From a virus: a stretch of DNA of 47,780 nt. Each line of letters begins with the position of its first letter. Position 1 is the stretch's first letter. Where the stretch lies: the IMG/VR virus record IMGVR_UViG_3300043185_000025, one strand, 5' to 3'. A program made the position numbers and the translations under genes. Below are positions 1-6,637 of the stretch, piece by piece. The notes beneath the pieces are model-generated. The model did not search any database. It saw only the letters and a list, made by a program, of their open reading frames with translations, and was not told where the DNA came from.

Positions 1-127
1 CTTCTTTCTCTCCGGGTCGGTCAAATCCAAACAGTTCTTTGTATCCGCTCATTTCCTTCCTCCTTCATGCAACGCCCAACAACACGCTCAACTGGACGGG
101 CCTGACGGCCCGCCAGTTAGCTTGCCG
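1..127. repeat. Terminal direct repeat, left copy (identical to 47654..47780). Indicates circular closure by assembly overlap, or terminal redundancy.
   Basis: Base-by-base comparison shows positions 1-127 equal positions 47654-47780. The repeat duplicates the start codon and RBS of ORF 47436..47705. Confidence 0.9.
85..127 (-). promoter_or_regulatory. 43-bp intergenic hairpin element, copy A (same locus as 47738..47780 by circularity)
   Basis: The exact 43-mer CGCTCAACTGGACGGGCCTGACGGCCCGCCAGTTAGCTTGCCG also occurs at 47386..47428. It contains a 12-bp GC-rich stem (AACTGG-A-CGGGCC / GGCCCGCCAGTT) with one bulged A and a 4-nt loop. There is no U-tract on either strand. Confidence 0.6.
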
Positions 128-145
128 GTGTTCCTCATGCGCAAA

Positions 146-292
146 TTAGCCCTCTCGGGCCTTCGCTACACGCTCCAGGTGTCGGCGCACCCGTTCCCAA
201 TCTTTCGGGTGTACCCATACCTGCCGGAGCGTGTAGCCCTTGGCGCGCATCCTTGCGCGCTCGTCCCGCTTCCTTTGGGCGGCATCCTTCAC
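146..292 (-). CDS. Small basic protein (48 aa), possibly a ribbon-helix-helix/Arc-like DNA binder
   Basis: Below the ORF-track cutoff. The GTG start overlaps the TGA of the upstream 58-aa ORF (GTGA), with AGGTGG about 8 nt upstream. It translates to VKDAAQRKRDERARMRAKGYTLRQVWVHPKDWERVRRHLERVAKAREG. This is more protein-like than the track ORF 135..329 in another frame. Confidence 0.4.
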   Translation of the reverse strand: MKDAAQRKRDERARMRAKGYTLRQVWVHPKDWERVRRHLERVAKAREG

Positions 293-465
293 GGATAAAT
301 CCACCTGTATACTTCTTCCCCGCCTTCATCTTGGTCGAAGCGCACCAACCAATATTCCCCGTCCCCGCATTTCACGTCTTCGGCTTCAAGCAGGGTTGCT
401 GTGCCTTCGTACTTTGTCTTTGTAATCGGGTCTTCGTAAATTTCGAGTCTGTCGTATGGTTTCAT
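289..465 (-). CDS. Hypothetical small acidic protein (58 aa)
   Basis: Below the ORF-track cutoff. ATG is preceded by AGGAGG. It translates to MKPYDRLEIYEDPITKTKYEGTATLLEAEDVKCGDGEYWLVRFDQDEGGEEVYRWIYP and is co-oriented with its neighbours. Confidence 0.5.
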   Translation of the reverse strand: MKPYDRLEIYEDPITKTKYEGTATLLEAEDVKCGDGEYWLVRFDQDEGGEEVYRWIYP

Positions 466-600
466 GCTGCCTCCTGTTGTCGTAGCTCGATTGCTACGAA
501 CACATTATAGCATGTGACATGTCACATGTCAAGAGGGCTAACACTGCCCTCCACCGGATCGCGCGCTACGGCGCGCTCCCGGTGAGCTTGGCGTTAGTAA

Positions 601-993
601 TCATATAAACCCCAACGTCATTCTTTTAGGTTCAGCAAAGCTTTTATAGCTCAACATCCCCGCATCGGAAATATCGGTTTTGCAAATCTCGCCCACGCAT
701 ACCGTGCAATTCAACGATCCGGGTTTGTATTCCACCCACACCCGCCCTTGCTGGTGTTCCCTGGATTTCTGCTGATACTCGGTCGTTTGAATGTATTTCC
801 AGCCTTCTTGAGCGTCGAGCAGGGATTTGTTCTCAGTACATACAATCTGGATTTTCCTGGGTTCGGACAAGTCTAAGCCTTCAACTTTCAACGATTCCGA
901 ACAGCCTGCGAGGAAGCAAAGCAGTAGGAATAATCCGATAAAAAGAACGAACGAGATGAATCGGATAATTTGCAGATCGCTCACATCTCTCAT
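601..993 (-). CDS. Putative lipoprotein
   Basis: The N-terminus has a hydrophobic stretch ending in the lipobox FLAGC. An ATGA overlap links it to the upstream beta-barrel gene. Confidence 0.55.
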   Translation of the reverse strand: MRDVSDLQIIRFISFVLFIGLFLLLCFLAGCSESLKVEGLDLSEPRKIQIVCTENKSLLDAQEGWKYIQTTEYQQKSREHQQGRVWVEYKPGSLNCTVCVGEICKTDISDAGMLSYKSFAEPKRMTLGFI

Positions 994-1664
994 AGCAGTA
1001 CTCTCAATACAAGATTGAAGGTTTCCACGTCTTTATACCCCCCGCCGCCGCTAAATGAATTCTTAAATTCTTTTCCATCCACTGACATGCCGGGGTGGAA
1101 TCTATACTCCAACCCTATCTCGACGTTGCCTAGTTTGTAGGCCACTCCAAATCCGGAAGTAGCCCCGAAACTGTGTGTGTTCATGTTGACTTCACGACGT
1201 AAACTACGTTGATAAGTCTCGCTACCGTCAAGATATACAAAAGCACCAGACCATTGTGCGTTGTAGTATGTTACCCCTATCGGGGCTTGGATTGATAAAT
1301 TACCGATGGAGTATTTAGGAATAATTGATACCGAACCACCACGGACCCTGCCTTTCTGGTCTGCGACATGGGTCGGGAAACACGAATTGCAAACCACGTT
1401 TGGGTCTAAATCCGGGCTGCCCCACAAATTTCGACGAGAATATTCCCCCATGTCAAAATAGGCGATTTCTGCTCCCAGAAATTTATTAATGGTGTTTCCG
1501 GCCCCGAAAGAGAAGTTCTTCGGTTGGGTGGTGTTTTGGTCGTACCCTTCCTGTGCCCACACGCGGTCTTGGTTGTAGATTGTTTCGCCGAAAGAAATTA
1601 ATAAATAGGGCTCCGCACTGGCGGAATTAATTAGCAAGAACAGGCTGATAAATAACTTTTTCAT
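990..1664 (-). CDS. Outer-membrane beta-barrel protein (Lom/Ail/OmpA-like moron candidate)
   Basis: Signal peptide MKKLFISLFLLINSASA followed by Gly/aromatic-rich alternating strands (for example FGVAYKLGNVEIGLEYRF). AT-rich flanks. Confidence 0.5.
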   Translation of the reverse strand: MKKLFISLFLLINSASAEPYLLISFGETIYNQDRVWAQEGYDQNTTQPKNFSFGAGNTINKFLGAEIAYFDMGEYSRRNLWGSPDLDPNVVCNSCFPTHVADQKGRVRGGSVSIIPKYSIGNLSIQAPIGVTYYNAQWSGAFVYLDGSETYQRSLRREVNMNTHSFGATSGFGVAYKLGNVEIGLEYRFHPGMSVDGKEFKNSFSGGGGYKDVETFNLVLRVLL

Positions 1665-1897
1665 TTTGAATTGCTCCTGATTGTTTTAAGTTTATCCGCC
1701 ACCCTTCTAAAGAAATATTCGATTATTTCAAGTAGGTTTTTCAATGTTTCCTCTTGTTTAATTTATACACCTGTATTGTAAGGCACAGACTAGCACAAGT
1801 GTAGTGATTAATATCAATGGATGAAAAATTTTAGTTAAAGATGTTTTCGGCACGTAGATTGCAAGAAAGCTTATTGCTCTGAAGAAGCCGTGCCCCG

Positions 1898-2377
1898 TTA
1901 TTTCTGCAAAGCATTTTTCAGTTTTGAAAGGTGGTCGGAAATGGGGAGTGCTGCCAATTTTTGTATACTCCCATTAGGATCATTACGGATCATATAAGGA
2001 TCGGGTACCGTTTTTGGTACCCTTTCAGGGGAAGAACGGTACCCTTTCCGGGGAAATTTGGTACCCGTACCGTTTTTGGTACCCTTTCGTCTTAGACGCA
2101 GAAATACAGCGTCCGGCAAGTTTATTTTGTAAAGGGGGATTTGTTCGGTTTGTCCGGACTTTGTACCGGTATTTCGGATAAAACCAAGTGTTTCTAAGGT
2201 TTTGATACCGCGCCGTACTGTTTTTTTGTCTTGAGATGTAATTTCTGACAGTGTGGATAAAGCACACCACGCGGTTGAATCTGGCTGGATAAAATTACAG
2301 AAACCTAAAAGCACGAATTTTGCCGTGGATGGTCTTATCTCTTGAGACAAAACCCAGGCGATAGCCTCGATAGCCAT
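1898..2377 (-). CDS. HTH replication-initiator-like protein (lambda O / HTH_36-like)
   Basis: Start refined to MAIEAIAWVL, with AAGGAG 6 nt upstream; the 47 residues the track adds upstream look non-coding. The winged-helix-like N-terminus reads FVLLGFCNF...LSEITSQDKKTVRRGIKTLETLGFI. Iterons lie inside the coding region. Confidence 0.55.
   Translation of the reverse strand: MAIEAIAWVLSQEIRPSTAKFVLLGFCNFIQPDSTAWCALSTLSEITSQDKKTVRRGIKTLETLGFIRNTGTKSGQTEQIPLYKINLPDAVFLRLRRKGTKNGTGTKFPRKGYRSSPERVPKTVPDPYMIRNDPNGSIQKLAALPISDHLSKLKNALQK
2004..2088. repeat. Iteron cluster (candidate origin of replication) inside the initiator-like gene
   Basis: Five GGTACC cores at 2004, 2016, 2038, 2060 and 2078. 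The 11-mer GGTACCCTTTC occurs three times (2016, 2038, 2078). An exact 22-mer GTACCGTTTTTGGTACCCTTTC occurs at 2005..2026 and 2067..2088. Confidence 0.6.
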
Positions 2378-2503
2378 AAAACTCCTTCTGCGTAAGGAAA
2401 AAGTGCTTGGCCCCTGCTGTTCGCAGCAGCAGGGCTTGGTCGGGCGGGAGCTACCCGCGCACCAAGCAAGGAGATTATATAACAAGCTTATCTTTAATTG
2501 TGC

Positions 2504-2539
2504 AAAAAAAATCCCCAACCGGACGACCCAAGTTGGGGA
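2504..2539 (-). terminator. Intrinsic terminator downstream of the repressor-like gene
   Basis: The minus strand reads TCCCCAAC-12 nt-GTTGGGGA followed directly by TTTTTTTT. Confidence 0.6.
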
Positions 2540-2687
2540 TATAACCGGCTTAACGCCGGACCACGGGTTGGCTAAGAGAGGGGTGGCCTAGCCGTGGTTA
2601 CTACTTTGCGACAGGAGGTAAAGCTTTTTTTACTGTGCAGCTCGACGGATAATATAAAACATAGTCTACGGTTGTAACAAAATAAAG

Positions 2688-2822
2688 TTACTTCTTTGTA
2701 ACCAAATCTTCCAAATTAGCCGGTTTCTCTACTTCGAACACATGATATACCGGCCAATCGTCAAACCCTGCTAAAATGACAATATCCGTGGGAGACAGGC
2801 AGATTAAAGCCTGATCGTACAC
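2688..2822 (-). CDS. Possible 44-aa ORF downstream of the repressor-like gene
   Basis: GTG start lies 1 nt after the TGA of 2824..3060. It translates to VYDQALICLSPTDIVILAGFDDWPVYHVFEVEKPANLEDLVTKK. No clear RBS and below the track cutoff. Confidence 0.25.
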   Translation of the reverse strand: MYDQALICLSPTDIVILAGFDDWPVYHVFEVEKPANLEDLVTKK

Positions 2823-2823
2823 G

Positions 2824-3060
2824 TCATACTGTCCTTTTAGCTCCTTTTTCACGTTCAATTTTCTCTAACCTTTTGTTGGCGGATTTGTTGAGTTTCAGAA
2901 ACCCGACTCTGACCGCTGCTCCAACAATCCTATCTATCTGATCTTGCCTGTACTCGCCTTTTGTCCAGCGTTGATAAATGCCTCGGTCTGATATTTGCAG
3001 TGCCTCGGCCATAGATTTTGTTGATCCGCCCAATAGGGCTTTAGCTTTAAATAAATTCAT
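2824..3060 (-). CDS. cI/Cro-type HTH transcriptional regulator
   Basis: Start refined to MNLFKAKALLGG. The HTH segment reads GGSTKSMAEALQISDRGIYQRW. The gene is divergent from a plus-strand operon of small genes. Confidence 0.6.
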   Translation of the reverse strand: MNLFKAKALLGGSTKSMAEALQISDRGIYQRWTKGEYRQDQIDRIVGAAVRVGFLKLNKSANKRLEKIEREKGAKRTV

Positions 3061-3067
3061 GGCTAAG

Positions 3068-3095
3068 ATTATAGCGGGTTGAAAATAATTTGCTA
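3068..3095 (-). promoter_or_regulatory. Candidate promoter for the HTH regulator, giving a nearly leaderless mRNA
   Basis: On the minus strand, TATAAT (3073..3068) lies only 7 nt upstream of the ATG at 3060, with no SD between them. A weak -35, TAGCAA, sits 16 nt upstream. Confidence 0.35.
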
Positions 3096-3101
3096 CGGGT
3101 G

Positions 3102-3138
3102 TTGACATTTGTTACAGGTGTAGTATACAGGCATAGTA
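3102..3138 (+). promoter_or_regulatory. Candidate early rightward promoter with tandem operator-like repeats
   Basis: TTGACA (3102..3107), a 16-nt spacer, then TATACA (3124..3129). ACAGGTGTAGTA (3114..3125) and ACAGGCATAGTA (3127..3138) form a 13-bp-period direct repeat over the -10. Confidence 0.45.
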
Positions 3139-3169
3139 ATCTGGAAATACAACTCGACACGAGGAAACC

Positions 3170-3475
3170 ATGAACTACCAAGAGCTAAAACAGACCGATC
3201 CCAACGCAATCAAAAACGTGCTGCGCCATTACCCGCAGGATTGGCAAGATACTGTTGAGGATGACCTGCACCTGCAAAGCATGGTGGTGCGCGAGGTCCA
3301 GGCCGCGAAGAAACGCGAACAGGAATTACGCGACATGCTAGTACAGGTTGCGCGAGACGGGGCGCTGCGCGAGCAGGACGAACAGAACGAGATTGATCGG
3401 CTGTACCAAAGTTTTATGAACGGTGGCGGGACGAACAAACTCGTTAGAAAATATTTTGGCACAGACAGGGGATAA
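3170..3475 (+). CDS. Hypothetical early protein
   Basis: GAGGA RBS. First gene after the candidate promoter. Charged, helical composition. Confidence 0.6.
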   Translation: MNYQELKQTDPNAIKNVLRHYPQDWQDTVEDDLHLQSMVVREVQAAKKREQELRDMLVQVARDGALREQDEQNEIDRLYQSFMNGGGTNKLVRKYFGTDRG

Positions 3476-3620
3476 TTTAAATGAAAGGTATCGACAGACT
3501 TGCAAAGAAGCTTGAAGACCTTTACGACAAGGTAATAAGCTCGTTCACAGAGCGGTCCTGGTAACACTTTTATTGTTATTGATTAATATCGTTCCATAGC
3601 AACGTTTTAGGAGCTAACTC

Positions 3621-3875
3621 ATGTGCGAAATCATCAGCTACGAAGCCTATCGCCAAAAACTCGGACTGGAATCGTACAAAGCCAAGCGCGAGAAATGGAT
3701 CGAAGACAATCTCGCGCATATGTGGCTATTGGTTCACGACAAGCTGGCGGGGTTTCATCCGTGTGTAGCGGAAGCGGCGATGATGCGGGCGCGTATGGAC
3801 TTGGAACAAGGCGGAGATTTCGCAACGGCGCAATTGGCGGCGTTCGATAATTTGGATTGGAGTGCGCATGGGTAA
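3621..3875 (+). CDS. Hypothetical early protein
   Basis: AGGAG lies 7 nt upstream of the ATG. Preferred over the overlapping frame 3623..3850 and over the antisense ORFs. Confidence 0.55.
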   Translation: MCEIISYEAYRQKLGLESYKAKREKWIEDNLAHMWLLVHDKLAGFHPCVAEAAMMRARMDLEQGGDFATAQLAAFDNLDWSAHG

Positions 3876-3923
3876 CGCCGCCTTGAGCGGCTGGCCAGGG
3901 AAAGACAAAACGGAGACTGAGAA

Positions 3924-4169
3924 ATGACAAAGCCAAAGAAAGAAGCCAAGCGCCGTAAAGGCCAGTCCGCCTCCAAGGCGATGTTAGCAGCCGTGCTCGA
4001 AGAGATACCGACCAACTGGTGTGACCCATTGTTGAGCGGGCCAAAGGCCGTTATTGGAAGCCCGCCATATACGGGGAAAGATTTGGAGAATCTGGTGCTG
4101 GGCATACACGCACGCATTGAGGCAAAGTTTAAGGCGGTTAACGGCCCGCTTAACCGGCGCGGCGATTAG
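3924..4169 (+). CDS. Hypothetical early protein with a basic N-terminus
   Basis: GGAG RBS. Co-oriented with its neighbours. Confidence 0.5.
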   Translation: MTKPKKEAKRRKGQSASKAMLAAVLEEIPTNWCDPLLSGPKAVIGSPPYTGKDLENLVLGIHARIEAKFKAVNGPLNRRGD

Positions 4170-4180
4170 CCGCGTCCGAG

Positions 4181-4444
4181 TTGAAGCGGTTGTTATACGC
4201 AACTTTTAACGGAGGCAACATAGCAACAAGTTTAGCAAGAGAGAAAGCAGCACAGGCGTGGTGCAAGGAAACAACAAGCCACAAGGAAATGAACGCAGAA
4301 CTGGCCGAAGCCTTTGCCGAGATTCTGGACGAGATTTGGAGACAGCCCTGGCTTGGCAACGCCACTACGGGGGAAATGCTCGAAGAGCTTAAAATCCGGG
4401 CAGAGATTCACGGGTATATCAACTATCGGACTGTTGACGCATAA
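4181..4444 (+). CDS. Hypothetical early protein; start codon uncertain
   Basis: The track start is TTG and there is no in-frame ATG near the internal GGAGG. The core LAREKAAQAWCKETTSHKEMNAELAEAFAEILDEIW looks like a conserved small-protein fold. Confidence 0.45.
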   Translation: MKRLLYATFNGGNIATSLAREKAAQAWCKETTSHKEMNAELAEAFAEILDEIWRQPWLGNATTGEMLEELKIRAEIHGYINYRTVDA

Positions 4445-4447
4445 CGA

Positions 4448-4484
4448 CTGAGGTGTGCGGACTGGCGTAGCCAGTCAACTTCAG
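4448..4484. terminator. Hairpin between convergent operons (possible bidirectional terminator)
   Basis: GACTGGC-GTA-GCCAGTC (4460..4476) is flanked by the partly complementary CTGAGG/CTTCAG. There is no strong U-tract. Confidence 0.35.
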
Positions 4485-4495
4485 ATCGTGGCTAT

Positions 4496-4729
4496 TTATT
4501 GTCCACGTATTATCTCCAATCGACGGTTACATTCGTCTACCAATAGCCACTGATACGCTAACGTCCTGGCATAGATTCGCGTCGATAACCCGCCTTCCGG
4601 CAGGTCAGCGAATCCGCACGGCTGCACCAACTTGGGGTCGTGCTTAACGCTTAATTGATTTTGCGATGTCGCGCATCCCGTGATCAAAATCAACGGGAGT
4701 AGGAGCATCCAAACAGTCTTTGGGATCAT
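4496..4729 (-). CDS. Rz1: o-spanin (Rz1-type outer-membrane lipoprotein)
   Basis: Signal peptide ending in the lipobox LITGC. The gene starts inside the 3' end of the i-spanin gene in another frame and extends beyond it (overlapped architecture). Confidence 0.65.
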   Translation of the reverse strand: MIPKTVWMLLLPLILITGCATSQNQLSVKHDPKLVQPCGFADLPEGGLSTRIYARTLAYQWLLVDECNRRLEIIRGQ

Positions 4730-4943
4730 GGGTTTTCTCTATGGTTCGGAAGATAACTTTAACCTTTTCCTCCACGGCTTTGTGTTCTTTGTCGGCGTCT
4801 AGGTATTTCTCGCCCTCGTGAATTAAACGATTAGCAGTGTTCTCGGCGGCTTCGCTTCGGCAAGTTTCTTGGCCCCACTTGAACAATCCAAACCCAGCGC
4901 TAACAAGGGCCAGTGCCGCGATACCGATTAGGTAAGGGTTCAT
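4644..4943 (-). CDS. Rz: i-spanin (Rz-type)
   Basis: A single N-terminal TM (LIGIAALALVSAGFGLF) followed by a charged helical periplasmic domain. It overlaps the lipoprotein gene. Confidence 0.6.
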   Translation of the reverse strand: MNPYLIGIAALALVSAGFGLFKWGQETCRSEAAENTANRLIHEGEKYLDADKEHKAVEEKVKVIFRTIEKTHDPKDCLDAPTPVDFDHGMRDIAKSIKR

Positions 4944-5746
4944 TGTCCCACCGAAACGCCATAATTGTTTATGTCACGTAAATCGTTTGGTAAAGTTTCG
5001 AACATACCGTTTCTGTATTTAAACCCAACGGAACTTAGACACTGCGCTCCAGCGAGGTTAAAGTCTCGATTTGTTTGCAGGCATGCAATACCGGAAGCGT
5101 CACCAGCGTCATTTAGACCGTAGATAGTGGTTATCTTCGCTCCAGGATAAACTACATCAATTGATCTTATTTGGGTACGTATAAACGCAATCCCATGAGC
5201 TTGATCGGCCAAGTAGTACACCCCGCCGGTATGGCCAAGGTTATTCAGAGCGTAGCTATAAGTCGCCGAGTACCCGCCTGCACTTTGTTTCGGCAACAGG
5301 GAACAAACCGTGCCAGACAATAGGCACTCGCTGTAGGTAGTCTTGCGGGTAACGGGGCTGTACGTGGTTTTTTTAATCAAGATAACGCCGTAGTCGTTTA
5401 TCTTCCAAGCAGTCGAAGATTTAGGATTTCCGAGCAGGTAGGAGATTGATCCGCACCCAGCCATCGAGCACTTCGCCGCCTGTAAACTGCCAGTCAAGTA
5501 AACCACCTGACCCACCATTACGCCCGCGTTATTGATGTCTAGGATTGCGGTGTCAGTCCATCCCCCAACGGGAATTTCAGATACCACTCCGCCTTGATTG
5601 ATAATCCCGCAGGGTACCTGCCCGAGCGCCGACGCACAGTAAAATCGCTGACCAACTTTGGTACCGGCATCATTAATGCCGTACCAAACGTCAACAGCAT
5701 AGGAAATAGATGGGAAGAAAATGATAGCGAATAAAAGTTTTTTCAT
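4940..5746 (-). CDS. Secreted repeat protein with HAF-repeat-like (I/L)N(D/N)xGxxxG motifs
   Basis: Signal peptide MKKLLFAIIFFPSISYA. Six repeats: INDAGTKVGQ, INNAGVMVGQ, INDYGVILI, LNNLGHTGG, LNDAGDASG, INNYGVSVGQ. ATGA-coupled inside the lysis operon. Confidence 0.5.
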   Translation of the reverse strand: MKKLLFAIIFFPSISYAVDVWYGINDAGTKVGQRFYCASALGQVPCGIINQGGVVSEIPVGGWTDTAILDINNAGVMVGQVVYLTGSLQAAKCSMAGCGSISYLLGNPKSSTAWKINDYGVILIKKTTYSPVTRKTTYSECLLSGTVCSLLPKQSAGGYSATYSYALNNLGHTGGVYYLADQAHGIAFIRTQIRSIDVVYPGAKITTIYGLNDAGDASGIACLQTNRDFNLAGAQCLSSVGFKYRNGMFETLPNDLRDINNYGVSVGQ

Positions 5747-6030
5747 TATCGCGTTTCCTTAGCGAACTCGTTTTTTGGCATGTCCGGTACCATACTGCCT
5801 GGATCGGTCACGGGTCTTGTTTCCGTCTCTTCTAGGCAAAACTTACCTCGAATGATGCTTGCCACGATACATGCTCCCAATATCCAAGCCAAAGTTTGGG
5901 CGCTGTTGTGACGGTCCTGGTCAGGTTGGGCCGGTGTCGGGTTGTTGGGAGGAGGGACGGTTTTCCCGGTAGCGTGGATATTGTTGAACGGTAGTAGAGA
6001 GATAATCAGAAAAGTGACTAATAGCCTCAT
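5746..6030 (-). CDS. Small secreted or membrane-anchored Pro-rich protein
   Basis: N-terminal signal-like segment, a Pro-rich linker and the C-proximal hydrophobic helix LAWILGACIVASII. Confidence 0.5.
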   Translation of the reverse strand: MRLLVTFLIISLLPFNNIHATGKTVPPPNNPTPAQPDQDRHNSAQTLAWILGACIVASIIRGKFCLEETETRPVTDPGSMVPDMPKNEFAKETR

Positions 6031-6305
6031 GCTGTCCTCGCGTCAAAGTAAAATTTCAGTGCCGCCGCTTGCAACGCCATGTAAGGAGCGCTCACGGCGG
6101 CGATAATGGCGGCCACTTCAATTCCGGTCTTGTCGGAATGGGCGGATGCGTAGGTCATGGCCCAGCTTGTTACCCGAATTGTTCCGTACATGATGAACAC
6201 CGAAATCACATGCTTGTCGATATCGCGCTCGTCGATCCAATCCCAAATTGTAGTGACCCAGCCGAACAAGCCGTCTGACCGACGCCGTTTCTCTTCCTCA
6301 TTCAC
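6027..6305 (-). CDS. Membrane protein in the lysis cassette (holin/antiholin-class candidate)
   Basis: Two hydrophobic helices (VISVFIMYGTIRVTSWAM and VAAIIAAVSAPYMALQAAAL). ATGA coupling on both sides. Confidence 0.45.
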   Translation of the reverse strand: MNEEEKRRRSDGLFGWVTTIWDWIDERDIDKHVISVFIMYGTIRVTSWAMTYASAHSDKTGIEVAAIIAAVSAPYMALQAAALKFYFDARTA

Positions 6306-6637
6306 CGACAGTGTTTCCCGGCGGGGTCGAAAGGATCGAGAAGTTGTTCACAAAACCAGTTCGCTAGCTTCCCGCGCCAATCCGTACCGTCGTTTAATCT
6401 GGAAACTCGGGTCGTGAAAAGAAACTCCTTGGGTATCTCAATGAACATTATTGTCCCCGCCACCACGTTAAAGATAACGTCAACGATCAACCCGATGATA
6501 AGCAAAGGGTAACCGAAGAATTTAGAAGCCGTGGTTAGCTTCCCATGGTCACGCGCTGACTTCAGGTGCATCATGGTCAAGTACAGAGCGAACGTAATAT
6601 AGAACAGACCGGAACCGAACAATATCCACCAGATCAT
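6302..6637 (-). CDS. Membrane protein in the lysis cassette
   Basis: Three hydrophobic segments (WWILFGSGLFYITFALYLTMM, GYPLLIIGLIVDVIF, VVAGTIMFI). Overlaps the endolysin stop. Confidence 0.5.
   Translation of the reverse strand: MIWWILFGSGLFYITFALYLTMMHLKSARDHGKLTTASKFFGYPLLIIGLIVDVIFNVVAGTIMFIEIPKEFLFTTRVSRLNDGTDWRGKLANWFCEQLLDPFDPAGKHCR

Noticed and set aside
85-127. The 43-bp hairpin element as a canonical Rho-independent terminator
   Set aside because: No U-tract follows the stem on either strand, so it is kept as an unexplained regulatory or processing element instead.
135-329. Track ORF of 64 aa on the minus strand
   Set aside because: The composition is Gly/Pro/Arg-rich and unlike real proteins, and there is no RBS. 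Two better-supported small ORFs in other frames (289..465 and 146..292) explain the region.
240-510. Plus-strand ORFs 240..425 and 253..510
   Set aside because: They are antisense to the coupled minus-strand small genes, lack an RBS and have odd composition, so they are treated as shadow ORFs.
1898-2518. Full 206-aa version of the initiator-like ORF
   Set aside because: The first 47 residues run through the GC-rich hairpins and candidate promoter and read as non-protein-like (CCCEQQGPSTFSLRRRSF). A strong AAGGAG precedes the internal ATG at 2377.
2520-2600. Possible tRNA or small RNA suggested by several short hairpins (CCGGC-ttaa-GCCGG and CCACGG...CCGTGG)
   Set aside because: I could not build a cloverleaf with acceptor, D, anticodon and T arms or a GTTCRANNC T-loop. 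The hairpins are more likely 3'-UTR structure before the terminator.
2671-2701. TTGTAAC / GTTAC repeats as operators related to GTTACA near the early promoter
   Set aside because: The arms are only 5 bp and lie in AT-rich DNA, so the match could easily arise by chance.
3229-4202. Minus-strand ORFs 3229..3567, 3634..4044, 3726..3908, 3755..4117 and 3984..4202
   Set aside because: They are antisense to plus-strand genes that have good RBSs, and they have Arg/Ser/Pro-rich shadow-like composition.
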